Positions 10,347 to 21,028 of a DNA stretch of 64,000 bases are shown one piece after another. Each line of letters opens with the position of its first letter. Position 1 is the stretch's first letter. The stretch spans positions 64,001-128,000 of IMG/VR virus record IMGVR_UViG_2531839014_000003. One strand, given 5' to 3'. The notes under the pieces were generated by a model. That model did not search any database. It worked only from the letters and a program-made list of their open reading frames with translations, and was not told the origin of the DNA. The translations under genes were made by a program, and so were the position numbers. Source of the DNA: a virus (taxonomy: Duplodnaviria; Caudoviricetes).

Positions 10347-10559
10347 ATGTATGGATTTTCAAAATACGATGCTCAGGACAGGTACGACAGCTATAATACT
10401 GTACAGGTGAAGTTAAAACTGAATATGAAGACAGATGCAGATATCCTGGCCTGGGTCAGACAGCACAAATATGGCAGGGACACTTCCGTCCAAGGGGCCA
10501 TCAAGGCCCTGATACGGGAAGACATCGCCAGAGGCCAGGCCGATGGGACACAAGGTTAA
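10347..10559 (+). CDS. IS passenger, small RHH-like DNA-binding protein
   Basis: VKLKLNMKTDADILAW...SVQGAIKALIREDI. Confidence 0.6.
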   Translation: MYGFSKYDAQDRYDSYNTVQVKLKLNMKTDADILAWVRQHKYGRDTSVQGAIKALIREDIARGQADGTQG

Positions 10560-10831
10560 TCCCTCTGCATTTTACATTCGTTGGCTGTCTGCAGCTCTGA
10601 CAGGGATTCCATGATAGACAGGTAATCGATCCCCTCCACAACAGTCCCTGTGCCAGGGTCAAACAGTTCATCGTCTGCGGTGGCTTTCGGGTCATAGGAT
10701 TTCAGTTCACTGTCATACCAGCTATAGATATCACTGTATAAGTCGGCTGCATGATCCAGCAGGGACTGCAGTCCATTGATCTTTGCCCTGATATCTTCAG
10801 GTACAAAGGGATCGTCTGTTTTTAGCTTCAT
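10556..10831 (-). CDS. IS passenger, acidic hypothetical protein
   Basis: AGGAGG SD before MKLKTDD. Confidence 0.55.
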   Translation of the reverse strand: MKLKTDDPFVPEDIRAKINGLQSLLDHAADLYSDIYSWYDSELKSYDPKATADDELFDPGTGTVVEGIDYLSIMESLSELQTANECKMQRD

Positions 10832-11058
10832 GGCACACCTCCTGATGTTTTCCTGTAAGAAGTGTACCATAATTTGATGGGATTTTCCAATACATCTTGA
10901 CAGAATCCAAAAGCATCCGTATAGTAAAGGTAGGTGGTCACGACATCCACCTACCTTTCTCATTAACTTATCATAGAAGATCTCAATTTACAGACTTTTT
11001 TTCATACTCTCCCAATTTTACTTATCACATCAAATAGTTATTTCTTACGCTCACATAA

Positions 11059-11319
11059 TTATTTAATCTCGACAAAATCTCCTGATTCCATAAACATATT
11101 TACAATATTTTCATATTCACTCTTCTTCTCATCAGAACGACACATCAATTGTCCATAATACGGATCACGAAAATCCACAAAAATTGTTGACCTATCTGGC
11201 GAAATACAACCGCCCTCCGATATATTATATTGCCATCCTTGTGCCTTCAGCTTTTCTACATAAGCATATAATTCCTTATTGTCATGTGTCAATCTATATG
11301 ATTTTAAAATAGAACTCAT
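11059..11319 (-). CDS. Hypothetical phage protein
   Basis: ORF with GGGAG SD. Confidence 0.6.
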   Translation of the reverse strand: MSSILKSYRLTHDNKELYAYVEKLKAQGWQYNISEGGCISPDRSTIFVDFRDPYYGQLMCRSDEKKSEYENIVNMFMESGDFVEIK

Positions 11320-11377
11320 AAACTCTCCCTAAAAAAGATAATATAATTATATTTACCATGTTTTTCGGAATTATGTA

Positions 11378-11629
11378 TCAATCGGCCCCATATAATGCCA
11401 TCAATGAATATATTCTTGATTCTTCCCTCATATCTTTAATCGTAGGCAGCCTATACTTCCTACCATATTTACACAGACCACAGCCGCAATGAATCTTGCC
11501 ATTTGCATACTTTCCATCATGATTATACCAATCAAACCCGTATATTAAATGGATAATACGCTTTTTTCTTAATATTGTCTTGTTCCTAACATACCTCCGA
11601 TATTCCCTTCCTCTCTGTTCGTTTCTCAT
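11378..11629 (-). CDS. Small basic Cys-containing protein
   Basis: Arg/Lys rich, HCGCGLC; AAGGAGG SD before MRNEQ. Confidence 0.6.
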   Translation of the reverse strand: MRNEQRGREYRRYVRNKTILRKKRIIHLIYGFDWYNHDGKYANGKIHCGCGLCKYGRKYRLPTIKDMREESRIYSLMALYGAD

Positions 11630-11762
11630 TATGGAGTCCTCCTTGATATAATTCACACCTGTAGGCATCTATCAAGGTAGAAAACACCTACAGGACGTGT
11701 ATGTGGACTCCCATATTTATAATTTCAAACACATTCATTCCTCCTCAAAAATAGTAGTTTCT

Positions 11763-12140
11763 TTATTCACATTCATTATATAAACTCAATCCAGAAACAT
11801 GATAAAACCACCTATATCCACAATCCAAACATCCATAGTTACCGCAAGGGACACCTGGATTGTCATATATAGCTGGAGCTAAAATGCCTTTACATTCTTC
11901 TACGAGTTTTATATTCTCTTTGCTATAAAATAGCACAGGTACGATTTTCTTATTACCACAGTTAGGGCATACAGTTTTAATTCGTTCAATCAGATTATCA
12001 GGATATATCATGAACATATCAAAATAAATCGCTTTGTGTGAAGCTTGATATGATATATCAGGAAATCGTTCTATTGCCTTTTCTATTGTCATTCCGGCCC
12101 TTATTGGCAATATAAATTCCTGCATAATGTGATTATCCAT
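11763..12140 (-). CDS. Zinc-ribbon hypothetical protein
   Basis: CPNCG...CLDCG. Confidence 0.6.
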   Translation of the reverse strand: MDNHIMQEFILPIRAGMTIEKAIERFPDISYQASHKAIYFDMFMIYPDNLIERIKTVCPNCGNKKIVPVLFYSKENIKLVEECKGILAPAIYDNPGVPCGNYGCLDCGYRWFYHVSGLSLYNECE

Positions 12141-12186
12141 TTTTCACGCCTTTATAATAAACCAGCCTTTCATTCAATTATATATT

Positions 12187-12873
12187 CTAAAAATAATTTA
12201 ACAAATTAATATTCCAATCTTCAGCATACTTATCTATCCATTCTAAACCATGATTCCCATATGCAGCAAATCCAGTCTCTATCGTCCATATATTTTTATC
12301 GCCATAGTAGAATATTCTAAAATAGTAATAATGTGGAGCAAAAATCTGTTCGCTCACCGATTCTTTTAATCTTACAGAGTATGTATAAACCGATGTATTA
12401 TCACGAGTAAATTGGTAAGAACTATCTTTTTTATAATAGTCAAGAAATTTTTCTGGTAAATAAGCAACAACAGTTTTTACAGCCTTATCCAAGTTCATAT
12501 CATTACATAATTCTGGATCAAATATATTTATTTTCATAGTCCCTAAGTATTTGTGATATGTAGAGTCTTTTATCAAATATAAAACTTTAGTATCTTCTCC
12601 AATATAACTTAATTTCTTTTCCATCTGATAGCATTCTTGAACATCTACTACCGCAATTCTACTGTCATTTACTTTTTCATAAAACTTTTCTATATTACTA
12701 TATTCATCAAATAAGTGGGGGTGTTCCTCAATCTCTAATAACTCTAAAGTACTATATTGTGGTTCTGACCCTAAAACCTTCTCGTCCTTTACACTAATTG
12801 AATTCGTGCTTGAACAACCACACATCAACACACTACTAACAACTGCGATAATTCCAAGTAAAAACTTATTCAT
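12187..12873 (-). CDS. Lipoprotein
   Basis: MNKFLLGIIAVVSSVLMCGC signal peptide with lipobox. Confidence 0.75.
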   Translation of the reverse strand: MNKFLLGIIAVVSSVLMCGCSSTNSISVKDEKVLGSEPQYSTLELLEIEEHPHLFDEYSNIEKFYEKVNDSRIAVVDVQECYQMEKKLSYIGEDTKVLYLIKDSTYHKYLGTMKINIFDPELCNDMNLDKAVKTVVAYLPEKFLDYYKKDSSYQFTRDNTSVYTYSVRLKESVSEQIFAPHYYYFRIFYYGDKNIWTIETGFAAYGNHGLEWIDKYAEDWNINLLNYF

Positions 12874-12902
12874 CGCTTGCCCCTCTTGATTAAAACAGCA
12901 TT

Positions 12903-13169
12903 TCATCCGAATATTTCTTTATCGTGTTTCATGACATTATTCCAATATTTATATGGAAATATCCAAAGTGGATAACCATTGTTACAGGAACAAGTTTTCC
13001 CCTTATTTACAATATTCGTACAATAACCCTTACTCATTCTCATACAACTATCGCAGGGAACCCCGCAATCAAAATATATATCCGTTTTGATAGCTTTTTC
13101 AATATCATTTAATGAAAGATTACCTTTCAGTTTATGACATTGATCAAATATTTCACCCCAATTATACAT
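12903..13169 (-). CDS. Cys-rich hypothetical protein
   Basis: ORF co-oriented with neighbours; stop in junction motif. Confidence 0.5.
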   Translation of the reverse strand: MYNWGEIFDQCHKLKGNLSLNDIEKAIKTDIYFDCGVPCDSCMRMSKGYCTNIVNKGKTCSCNNGYPLWIFPYKYWNNVMKHDKEIFG

Positions 13170-13683
13170 ACTACAATGCTTCTCAAAGAAGAATAGTGCT
13201 GTATCAAATTTTTCTTGATCTGTTATTGTACTCCCTCCTTGTGTATCACTTTTGTATATTATCCACTATGGCAGCCACTCCAAAGCGCTCAAACGCGTCA
13301 TATACCCGTTCTAAGTCATCAGATGAACTCTTATTTAGCCTATCTCTGATTCTTTGTAATTCACCCTCTGACGGTTTTAATTCTGTTTTTATCTGGTCTA
13401 AAATTAAGTCACGATACTTCACTCCGGAATTTCCATCCCCTGTAATCATATTTTCCTCACCTTATTTATCATAATAACTACATGGTGCTTCACATTCTTC
13501 TGAAGATGTAGCCCCTTTCGCACAATATCCTGTACCAGTCATATACCTGCATCCCTCCTTTCTTTTACCTAAATTTCTCGAACCGCAATTATTACAATAA
13601 TATGACTTTGATTTTTCTTCGTATCTAATCCATATTTCCACAATCTAAACAGCTCACACCATATCCTCCCTTGAAAGCAACAT

Positions 13684-14088
13684 TTAATCCGTTAATTCTA
13701 ATATCTCTTTAACCTTTTGTAATTGATTCAGTGTATATTTCCTTTCATTTTTCCATGAAGAAAACAAGTTTTTAATCTCGCTATATAATTTTTCGTATTC
13801 CATATCTTTTAAAATGTCCTCCTTTGAAAGATAAAGTACATAATTAGCGCTGCCAACAGTATAATAATGTCTAAAATTCTGTGTTATATCAAACTTTTCT
13901 TCCCCGTATGTAGATTCTGTACTATCCATAACCGTAATATATTTTTTGCCAATTTTAGTTACTACCTTCTCATTAATCCAAGACTCAAAATTATTAACTT
14001 CATCCTTACTAATATACCTTGCGGCATTACTACCTTTATTTATCTTCAGATATACTTTTTGCCCAATTTTAAAATCACTCTTTTCCAT
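13684..14088 (-). CDS. Hypothetical phage protein (SH3-like beta barrel)
   Basis: FKIGQKVYL...VTKIGKKYITV. Confidence 0.65.
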   Translation of the reverse strand: MEKSDFKIGQKVYLKINKGSNAARYISKDEVNNFESWINEKVVTKIGKKYITVMDSTESTYGEEKFDITQNFRHYYTVGSANYVLYLSKEDILKDMEYEKLYSEIKNLFSSWKNERKYTLNQLQKVKEILELTD

Positions 14089-14106
14089 TACTTATCCTTC
14101 CCAATA

Positions 14107-14355
14107 TTATTCAATCTCCACATTCATTACTTTGTACCTATTATCATCTATTTCTTTACACAAGTCATCTAGCAACTCATTCAATCCTCTATACCGAAAG
14201 CTACCAGTGGAAAAGTAAAAATATCCTTTTTCATTCCATATATCAATATCATCTTCGCCTGAAATATATAATCTGATAACGGAATCTGGCATTTCATTGT
14301 CAATTGTAAAATTCCAGGCTTTTAATATCTCTTCTCTAACTTTCATAGTAGTCAT
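14107..14355 (-). CDS. Hypothetical phage protein
   Basis: ORF with SD. Confidence 0.6.
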   Translation of the reverse strand: MTTMKVREEILKAWNFTIDNEMPDSVIRLYISGEDDIDIWNEKGYFYFSTGSFRYRGLNELLDDLCKEIDDNRYKVMNVEIE

Positions 14356-14391
14356 TTCTTTATCCCCTATTCAATATTGTTCTCCCTCTAT

Positions 14392-14721
14392 TTAGAATTT
14401 CTTCCCGCAATTCGGACAACATTTTACCTTAAATCTAATTGTCTTACCCTTTAGCGTAACCAGCACATCGCCTCTACTGTCTACAAAAGCATTATTCTCA
14501 TCATTCTCCCAATACAGAGCATCATCACTTTGACAACAACTACAATCTGATACTTGCATTGTACTTGTATCAGTCTCTATGCCCCAATCATCATCATGTA
14601 AAATAATACATCTCTGATATGGGGTACAACGTTCCATTTCGTCTTCTGTACTATTACATTGTTCACAGGCTACTGTTTCATTCGTGCATTTACCATCTAT
14701 AGAATATCTACATATTCTCAT
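14392..14721 (-). CDS. Cys-rich hypothetical protein
   Basis: GAGG SD before MRICRY; several CxxC. Confidence 0.55.
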   Translation of the reverse strand: MRICRYSIDGKCTNETVACEQCNSTEDEMERCTPYQRCIILHDDDWGIETDTSTMQVSDCSCCQSDDALYWENDENNAFVDSRGDVLVTLKGKTIRFKVKCCPNCGKKF

Positions 14722-14764
14722 AACTAACCTCTTTCCTCTGGCACGAAAACCGGATTTCAACTGA

Positions 14765-15244
14765 TTATTGTTTTTTAGGTATCCACCTATTATACTCTTC
14801 ACAGTCATTGCAATGAGAATCTTCTGTCACACCACAATTGCCGCAACATATTTTATCTTCCAATGTGAAACCATAAAACTTGCTTACAGGTCTTTTACTA
14901 TTCCAAGCAGTAAATGGTAACTCATATCCAAGTTTTTTAAGCATTTCACAAAATCTAAAATCGCAAGCCTCAGGATATAACCGCTTATCTGGTATATAAT
15001 CAGCATTTGAATTAACTGAAATTTCACTCAGCAAGACAGGTATATCATACTGGTAATTAATTCTATATAAAATCGTATGTATCTTAGAAGCTTTAACATA
15101 AACATGAAAAGTGTCACGGTTGCATGTGTATCCATATAGCAAAGTTCTATCCGACATATCAAACAAATCTTCCGCTTGAATTGGCGGATTATTCTTTAAT
15201 TGCAAATCAATAAGTTTTCCATACTCTTCTTTATTCATATTCAC
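14765..15244 (-). CDS. Hypothetical phage protein
   Basis: 159-aa ORF with SD. Confidence 0.65.
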   Translation of the reverse strand: MNMNKEEYGKLIDLQLKNNPPIQAEDLFDMSDRTLLYGYTCNRDTFHVYVKASKIHTILYRINYQYDIPVLLSEISVNSNADYIPDKRLYPEACDFRFCEMLKKLGYELPFTAWNSKRPVSKFYGFTLEDKICCGNCGVTEDSHCNDCEEYNRWIPKKQ

Positions 15245-15253
15245 CTCAAATTA

Positions 15254-15730
15254 TTACGATACAATTTCTAAGATTCCAAATCCACCATCAATAATTTCAA
15301 TAGCTCCCTCTAAAGAATCTGCCTCGCAGCAATCCCAATTAGATAACCCATCTTCATTATCCAAAACGATAACAACTTTAATAATTTCCTTTGTAGAAAA
15401 TCTTCTGAGATATGCATGAACTTTGTTCTTACGCTCATAGCCCATATCATTTTCTTTAAATGCAGGAAATCTTCTACCAAACATGTCATGCAATTTATCC
15501 ATTACACTATAAATACTTATTCGGTTTCTTTCCACAAGATACTTATTTTCATTTTGATTATAGTCCCCATCGTACCCTTTGAGAATTCTACTAATCCAGA
15601 AATCTTTTGTATCCATACAAACGTAGACACCTTTAAATTTATCTTCGCCTGATGGATAAGTATCTATTTCCTCATTTGCTTGCATCTGATTTACTATGTC
15701 AGACACATCATAATATTTTGCAAATTCCAT
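15254..15730 (-). CDS. Hypothetical phage protein
   Basis: 158-aa ORF with SD. Confidence 0.65.
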   Translation of the reverse strand: MEFAKYYDVSDIVNQMQANEEIDTYPSGEDKFKGVYVCMDTKDFWISRILKGYDGDYNQNENKYLVERNRISIYSVMDKLHDMFGRRFPAFKENDMGYERKNKVHAYLRRFSTKEIIKVVIVLDNEDGLSNWDCCEADSLEGAIEIIDGGFGILEIVS

Positions 15731-16013
15731 TTTTTAATCCTTCCATGAAAATCGAAATTTTATCGCAATATTATTATTTGATTATTCTCTTTATCAAATG
15801 ATATATCACCTATAGCAAGTGGCTCTTTCTTATTACAACCACTATGAATCTGATTAATATATGCTCGTGCATCAGAAATAGATTTAAAAACTAACAAACT
15901 TTCGTCTACTGTCCAACAATAGACATTTTGAAAATTCCTTTTCCTCGATGTATGTATAATCCATTTCCAAAGTGCTGCATACCCTTCCCTCCAAATGAAA
16001 TCAGACATTCGTT

Positions 16014-16556
16014 CTAGTCCACAATATTGAAATACCTAACAGGAACTGACTTTATCAGCCAAACACCATTTTCTGAAAGATAAAATTTGTTTCCATGTCT
16101 AAACATTTCACCGCTATATACCTGCAAAACAACTGGTTCCCCATGTCGCTTGCCTACTTTTATAGCTGTTTCTTTGTCTTTTGATAAATGCACATATAAT
16201 CTGCTCATCGGTTTCAAACCTTCAGCCTGGATATTCTCCAAAAACCGTTTAGCCGTTCCATGATAAAGAAACTCTGGAGGCTCTTGCTCTCTTAGGTCTA
16301 CATCAACAGGAATACTATGTCCCTGGTTAGCGCGAATCAGAGTCTTATCCGCACTAAATCTATACCGTCCCTTTTCATCAGTAGCAACAATTTCCGCTAA
16401 CTTCTCCATATCTAATTTTCTACCAGTAGAATTAATACCGTCAATCAGTTCCTCTACGTTCACCCAGCCATGTTCATCCAACTGGATTCCAGCAGCATCC
16501 GGTTTATGACGTAGAACAAGGCTTATAAATACACTTAATTTGTCTTTCTTGCTCAA
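16014..16556 (-). CDS. kptA: RNA 2'-phosphotransferase (Tpt1/KptA), NAD-dependent
   Basis: LRHKP, IRANQGHS, LYHGT, VHLS, NGVWL motifs. Confidence 0.95.
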   Translation of the reverse strand: MSKKDKLSVFISLVLRHKPDAAGIQLDEHGWVNVEELIDGINSTGRKLDMEKLAEIVATDEKGRYRFSADKTLIRANQGHSIPVDVDLREQEPPEFLYHGTAKRFLENIQAEGLKPMSRLYVHLSKDKETAIKVGKRHGEPVVLQVYSGEMFRHGNKFYLSENGVWLIKSVPVRYFNIVD

Positions 16557-16954
16557 ACTACTTCCTCCAATCGTTCTTTACTTCTTCCAATGTCTGTATC
16601 CTACATTCCATGGCAGCCACTTTATATGCCTCACCGTTCATATTCTGTTCACCCCAATCAATACATCTCTGAATTTCTTCATCTAGTTCTCCGATGTACT
16701 CTTTTACTTTCTGCCTCATATCTGGCACAACAATTCCTCCAATCACATTGAGAGTAAATACTGTCCCTCAATTAATCACCCTCTTGATTTCAGAATTTCA
16801 CTAACCTGTTTCACAGTTATACAGAATATTTTCGCCACCTTCTTCTTGTCCTTGATTTTATCATATTCTGCAATTATATCTTCTTCGGTCCAGTCATAGT
16901 CAACTGGCTTATTCATATATTTCTCCATAATCTAAATCATCCTCTCACCTATAG

Positions 16955-17773
16955 TCACTTATGACCTTCCTCTATTTTACCATACAATCCTTCTGTTAAA
17001 CAGACCATTCTTTGCTTCGTCTTTTTAATATTCTCGCGTTGTATACAAGAATATCTACGTGTAGTGCGCTGATCAACATGCCCTAGATAATCAGACATAT
17101 CTTCCGTAGCTAGAGATTTATCATCTGACAGCATTATATATTGGTGAACCATCGTCTTTCTAAGCCCATGCGTCCCTATCTTATGCATAATTCCAGCTTC
17201 TTTCCTCGCCGCTTCCACAATTTTATACCAAGCTTTAGGGTCTACATGTATTCTTTTTTCCCCAGTCACCCTGTCTTTATGAGGTTTCTGGGCTGTAAAT
17301 ATATAATTATCTAACTTCTGCTCTCCAATATAAGTATTTTTCCAAATAAGCCACTCTCTCATTACCACTTCAAAATTTGACCCCCATATTAAATTCACTT
17401 TTTTCCCACACTTACTTGTCTTTTGCGGAATGAACTCGGCGCTCTGATTAAACGTCCAATCTGGATTACAAATATCACTCCACTTAAGCGAACAAAAATC
17501 TCCGCCTCGTAATCCTATCTCAATAGCACATATATACATAGTAAGATTGCGTCTGGCAGCCCTTTCCTGTGCAAAAGTTTTTGCCTCATCCAGATATTTC
17601 TTAAATACATTGCGTACAGCAATAATTTCTTCATCGTTATATAAACATTCCATTGCACTAGCTTTTTTAGTTTTTCGATGTTCTGATTCTATATTCACAA
17701 CTTCCTCCTGATATTCAACTGGGAGCTTAATAATATCAGCTTTGTGATTATCTTCTAATGCCGCCTGTGCCAT
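16955..17773 (-). CDS. Tyrosine recombinase (catalytic domain, short N-terminus)
   Basis: GLRGGD (R), HGLRKT (HxxR), LGH, RRY catalytic residues. Confidence 0.9.
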   Translation of the reverse strand: MAQAALEDNHKADIIKLPVEYQEEVVNIESEHRKTKKASAMECLYNDEEIIAVRNVFKKYLDEAKTFAQERAARRNLTMYICAIEIGLRGGDFCSLKWSDICNPDWTFNQSAEFIPQKTSKCGKKVNLIWGSNFEVVMREWLIWKNTYIGEQKLDNYIFTAQKPHKDRVTGEKRIHVDPKAWYKIVEAARKEAGIMHKIGTHGLRKTMVHQYIMLSDDKSLATEDMSDYLGHVDQRTTRRYSCIQRENIKKTKQRMVCLTEGLYGKIEEGHK

Positions 17774-17839
17774 AATCCTACCTCCATTTTATATTCTAAG
17801 AAATCAGCCGGCAGCGTTTGACCACTACCAGCCCATAAT

Positions 17840-18913
17840 TTAACTTGCTTTAGGCAATTCCTCTTTTTTCTTTTTAAAATACTCGCTATAATTCTTTTCC
17901 AACTCACTCATCCTCTTTTTGACAGCTTCTTTCTTTCCTGTGCCAGAACCTCCAGCTGCGTTATTATACACTGAAGAGATACTTGCAGACCTACTTCCAG
18001 AGAAAAACCCAATAAGCCACTGCATTACTTCTTCGTCTGACTTATTTTCAGTAATTGAGCGCAAAACCATAGGTGCCATACTAACCATATGCGTACGACC
18101 ATATATTCTTTTAGCAATCTTGGCATCCTCAATAAGTCCATGAACTTTATGAATTCTATCCAGCACATTAGTAATTTCCATCTCTTGCGCAGATGTGATT
18201 TCAGTCTCCCGCATATATGGCCTGATCCACTTATTATCCATGGAAGGTTCCTCACTATATAAAGCCGCATGTATCTTACCAACAATATCCTCATTAGTAT
18301 GTCCATTCAGCGCAGTCACACTTAATGCCTCTTTGAATACTTCATGTTTTCCTAATCTAAATATTTGATTTTTTGACTTTGCTTTCACACGATTCATAGT
18401 GGCTGCATTTAAACTTTGTCCATTGTTAAGATTATAGAAAGTGTCAGCCACTTCTTCCTGGTCTGCATCATCAGTAAAACAGATAGCGAAATTATACTCT
18501 TTTATTGCATTCTGAAAACACTCCGGAAGCTGGCTGTATGTAAGTTCATTGATGTCGATTTCTTCAGGCTCTCCCGCATCATTTATAACATCGAAGGCAG
18601 GTAAGCCGCTCAATGCAAATTCATCTTTCAAGAATTTTTCAAGAGTTAATGTCCTTTGTTTACCATCTTCTCCCTCATAGACATCTTCCACCTTATTAAA
18701 ATAGAGCGGAGGAACGTGACGGTCAAGAATCAAAGAGCGGATAAATGCCGATTTTTTATCATTGTCCTTCCATACATATCCTCTCTGGATATCAATATTA
18801 AAATCCACCTCTCCATCATCTAACATTTCAATAAGCTTCCTTGCCGTCCAGTAAGTGTCTGCCCTTTTAGCTCCCTTTATAATCTTCATGTCACATTCCT
18901 CCTCGTATTTCAA
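17840..18913 (-). CDS. DUF262 domain protein
   Basis: IQRGYVW, EDGKQR, FYNLNNG motifs. Confidence 0.85.
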   Translation of the reverse strand: MKYEEECDMKIIKGAKRADTYWTARKLIEMLDDGEVDFNIDIQRGYVWKDNDKKSAFIRSLILDRHVPPLYFNKVEDVYEGEDGKQRTLTLEKFLKDEFALSGLPAFDVINDAGEPEEIDINELTYSQLPECFQNAIKEYNFAICFTDDADQEEVADTFYNLNNGQSLNAATMNRVKAKSKNQIFRLGKHEVFKEALSVTALNGHTNEDIVGKIHAALYSEEPSMDNKWIRPYMRETEITSAQEMEITNVLDRIHKVHGLIEDAKIAKRIYGRTHMVSMAPMVLRSITENKSDEEVMQWLIGFFSGSRSASISSVYNNAAGGSGTGKKEAVKKRMSELEKNYSEYFKKKKEELPKAS

Positions 18914-19843
18914 TTATTTAACAATCTTACACTTCTTATCATTCTCTATGTATATCTTCTTCTCTATTCCCAATCCATCACACACCAAATCTTCCATATA
19001 GAGTACACAGGACATGCGATGGTCACGCTTAGGATATTCGGTTCTGGCGCATGAACTGAACAGTCCAGGATCAATCTGTCGTAATTCCTTAGATAAATAT
19101 TTATGAATAGCCTTTCTCTCATTCGGATGGGCAACCCATACTTCCTTCAAAGCCCTCATAATATATGTTGCATATCCATTAGTTTCCTTATTCCACCCTG
19201 CGTTAGCAATGACAGAAAAGATAAAGTCCAAACACTTCTCACCATGAACCCGCGCAATTGAATATGTATCTGTGTAGCTTCCAAGAATAGACTCTTCTCT
19301 ATTACCCCTCTTGCTTACAAATTTTATTTCATATTTCTTAAGTAATCCATCTAGTATCGTTGCAGCCTTATCACCAATAATAACCCTGGCTAAATGCTTT
19401 TCTATTGGTTTAACATTCTCAACTTCAGAATCCTGCCCTATAAAGTACTCTGCTTCAAATTTTAATCTTTCTTCCGGATCTTCTGGAGCATCCATTAGAA
19501 TTATTGCATTAAGCCGATCTAGTCCCTTTAAAGGTGCCACAACGCATCTCCCATTCCCATCTACAACAGATAATCTACATTCTTCATAATGTGGTACAAC
19601 AACAATAGGCGTCAGTTTACGAATATCCCAATTCTTTTCAAGCTTTTTTATCTTTTTGTGCTCCCGCATCCCTTGGTATTGTTCATCAACATAACATAAC
19701 GATAACGGAACCACGGCGCTGCCAATGATTGTTCTCTGGTTTTTCCCTTTCCCTACCGTACCAAACGGCTTGATATTAGCTACGATGTCATTAAACTGCT
19801 CCTCTCTCCTTGAATCGATTTTAATTGCCTGACCTACGCTCAT
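18914..19843 (-). CDS. ParB/Srx-like domain protein
   Basis: VDEQYQ, PIVV, VVDGNGR. Confidence 0.6.
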   Translation of the reverse strand: MSVGQAIKIDSRREEQFNDIVANIKPFGTVGKGKNQRTIIGSAVVPLSLCYVDEQYQGMREHKKIKKLEKNWDIRKLTPIVVVPHYEECRLSVVDGNGRCVVAPLKGLDRLNAIILMDAPEDPEERLKFEAEYFIGQDSEVENVKPIEKHLARVIIGDKAATILDGLLKKYEIKFVSKRGNREESILGSYTDTYSIARVHGEKCLDFIFSVIANAGWNKETNGYATYIMRALKEVWVAHPNERKAIHKYLSKELRQIDPGLFSSCARTEYPKRDHRMSCVLYMEDLVCDGLGIEKKIYIENDKKCKIVK

Positions 19844-20722
19844 AACTACATTCTCCTTTTAATTAAATTTTGTATTAATAAAGCAACCATCCGTAACCTG
19901 ATTGCTTAATTTATAATTTGTGAGCACTATAAAAGGCACCAGCTTTTATGCCAATGCCATCTATACTACTTACACTATTTATTTTATGGTCTATTAAATC
20001 TTGCCCACTTAACCCCATCCTGGACTTCGTAAAAAGTCATGCCGTCATTTGCACTTATTATCATCCATACATAACCATCATTTCGCCTTTTAAAAGAGCC
20101 AACAAAGGGCGCTCTGTCTGGTAGATTCTCGTTTGTAACTTGAATTAATATTTCCTCGTTAAGCTCTGGTAATTCCACTCCTTCTTGCCACTTATAGTCT
20201 TTATTTTTATCATATCCTTTGATTTCTTTCCAGTCTAACATCTTATCCTACCCTTCGAATTTCTAATTTCCTTTGGTCTTCAGATTAGTTTCTCATTAAA
20301 TAACGCCTCTGCCATTGAGTCAATATCCTCAAAAACAAAATCAAATGCATCACATTGAAATCCAGCCGGTGTATCGCTAATATAATATGTATCTTCCATA
20401 TCAGTATCTATAGCAAGCACAATACTATCAAAACCCTGTTTTTTTGCATCTTCATAAGCATTATTGACTTCTTCAATAAAATCATTAACCATATATTCTG
20501 GTGGAATTTCTACTTTTCTATAAGACGAAATTTCCACTGCTAAAATAATTCTCTCTCCATTTCCTCTTCTTTCAACAGCATCATCTTGCATTGATTTTTC
20601 ATCATTCCACCAATAATAAGAGACACTTCTATCTATATCCTCAGTTAATAATAAAAACGGAGTCTCTGGTTTAGCAAATGTATTTTGATTCAATTATAGC
20701 ACCTCCTCTTGAATCTTAGATT

Positions 20723-21028
20723 TCATGTCATTGCATACCACTTATCAACTTCACTCATAATTCCTTCAACAGGATTTACATTGATATATCCACCAGCAAC
20801 CGCCCATTTATAATAAGCCAATAGTATATGAAATCTATGCTTTACAGTTGTCACAGCCAGACCAGCTCTTTTCATTTTGTGGATGTAATCTTTTAATATG
20901 TCCTGCGAAATGTCATTTAGATTCTGATTACAGTCACTTTCAATTTTTTTCAGTGTCAACTGATAATCTTTTATCGCACCATCTGATACTTCTTTTGAAC
21001 TGATAAAATTCACAAACTCCTTAATCAT
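20723..21028 (-). CDS. Stand-alone integrase N-terminal SAM-like domain
   Basis: AIKDYQLTL...ILKDYIHKMK...LAVTTVKHRF...YYKWAV...NP; no catalytic domain. Confidence 0.7.
   Translation of the reverse strand: MIKEFVNFISSKEVSDGAIKDYQLTLKKIESDCNQNLNDISQDILKDYIHKMKRAGLAVTTVKHRFHILLAYYKWAVAGGYINVNPVEGIMSEVDKWYAMT

Larger units (their letters stand above)
8972..11011 (+). mobile_element. IS256-family element carrying two passenger ORFs
   Basis: Terminal IRs GAGAGTATGAAAGTTTTTCTGTAAAT / ATTTACAGACTTTTTTTCATACTCTC; 8-bp TSD CCAATTTT at 8964-8971 and 11012-11019; GC clearly higher than flanks. Confidence 0.92.
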
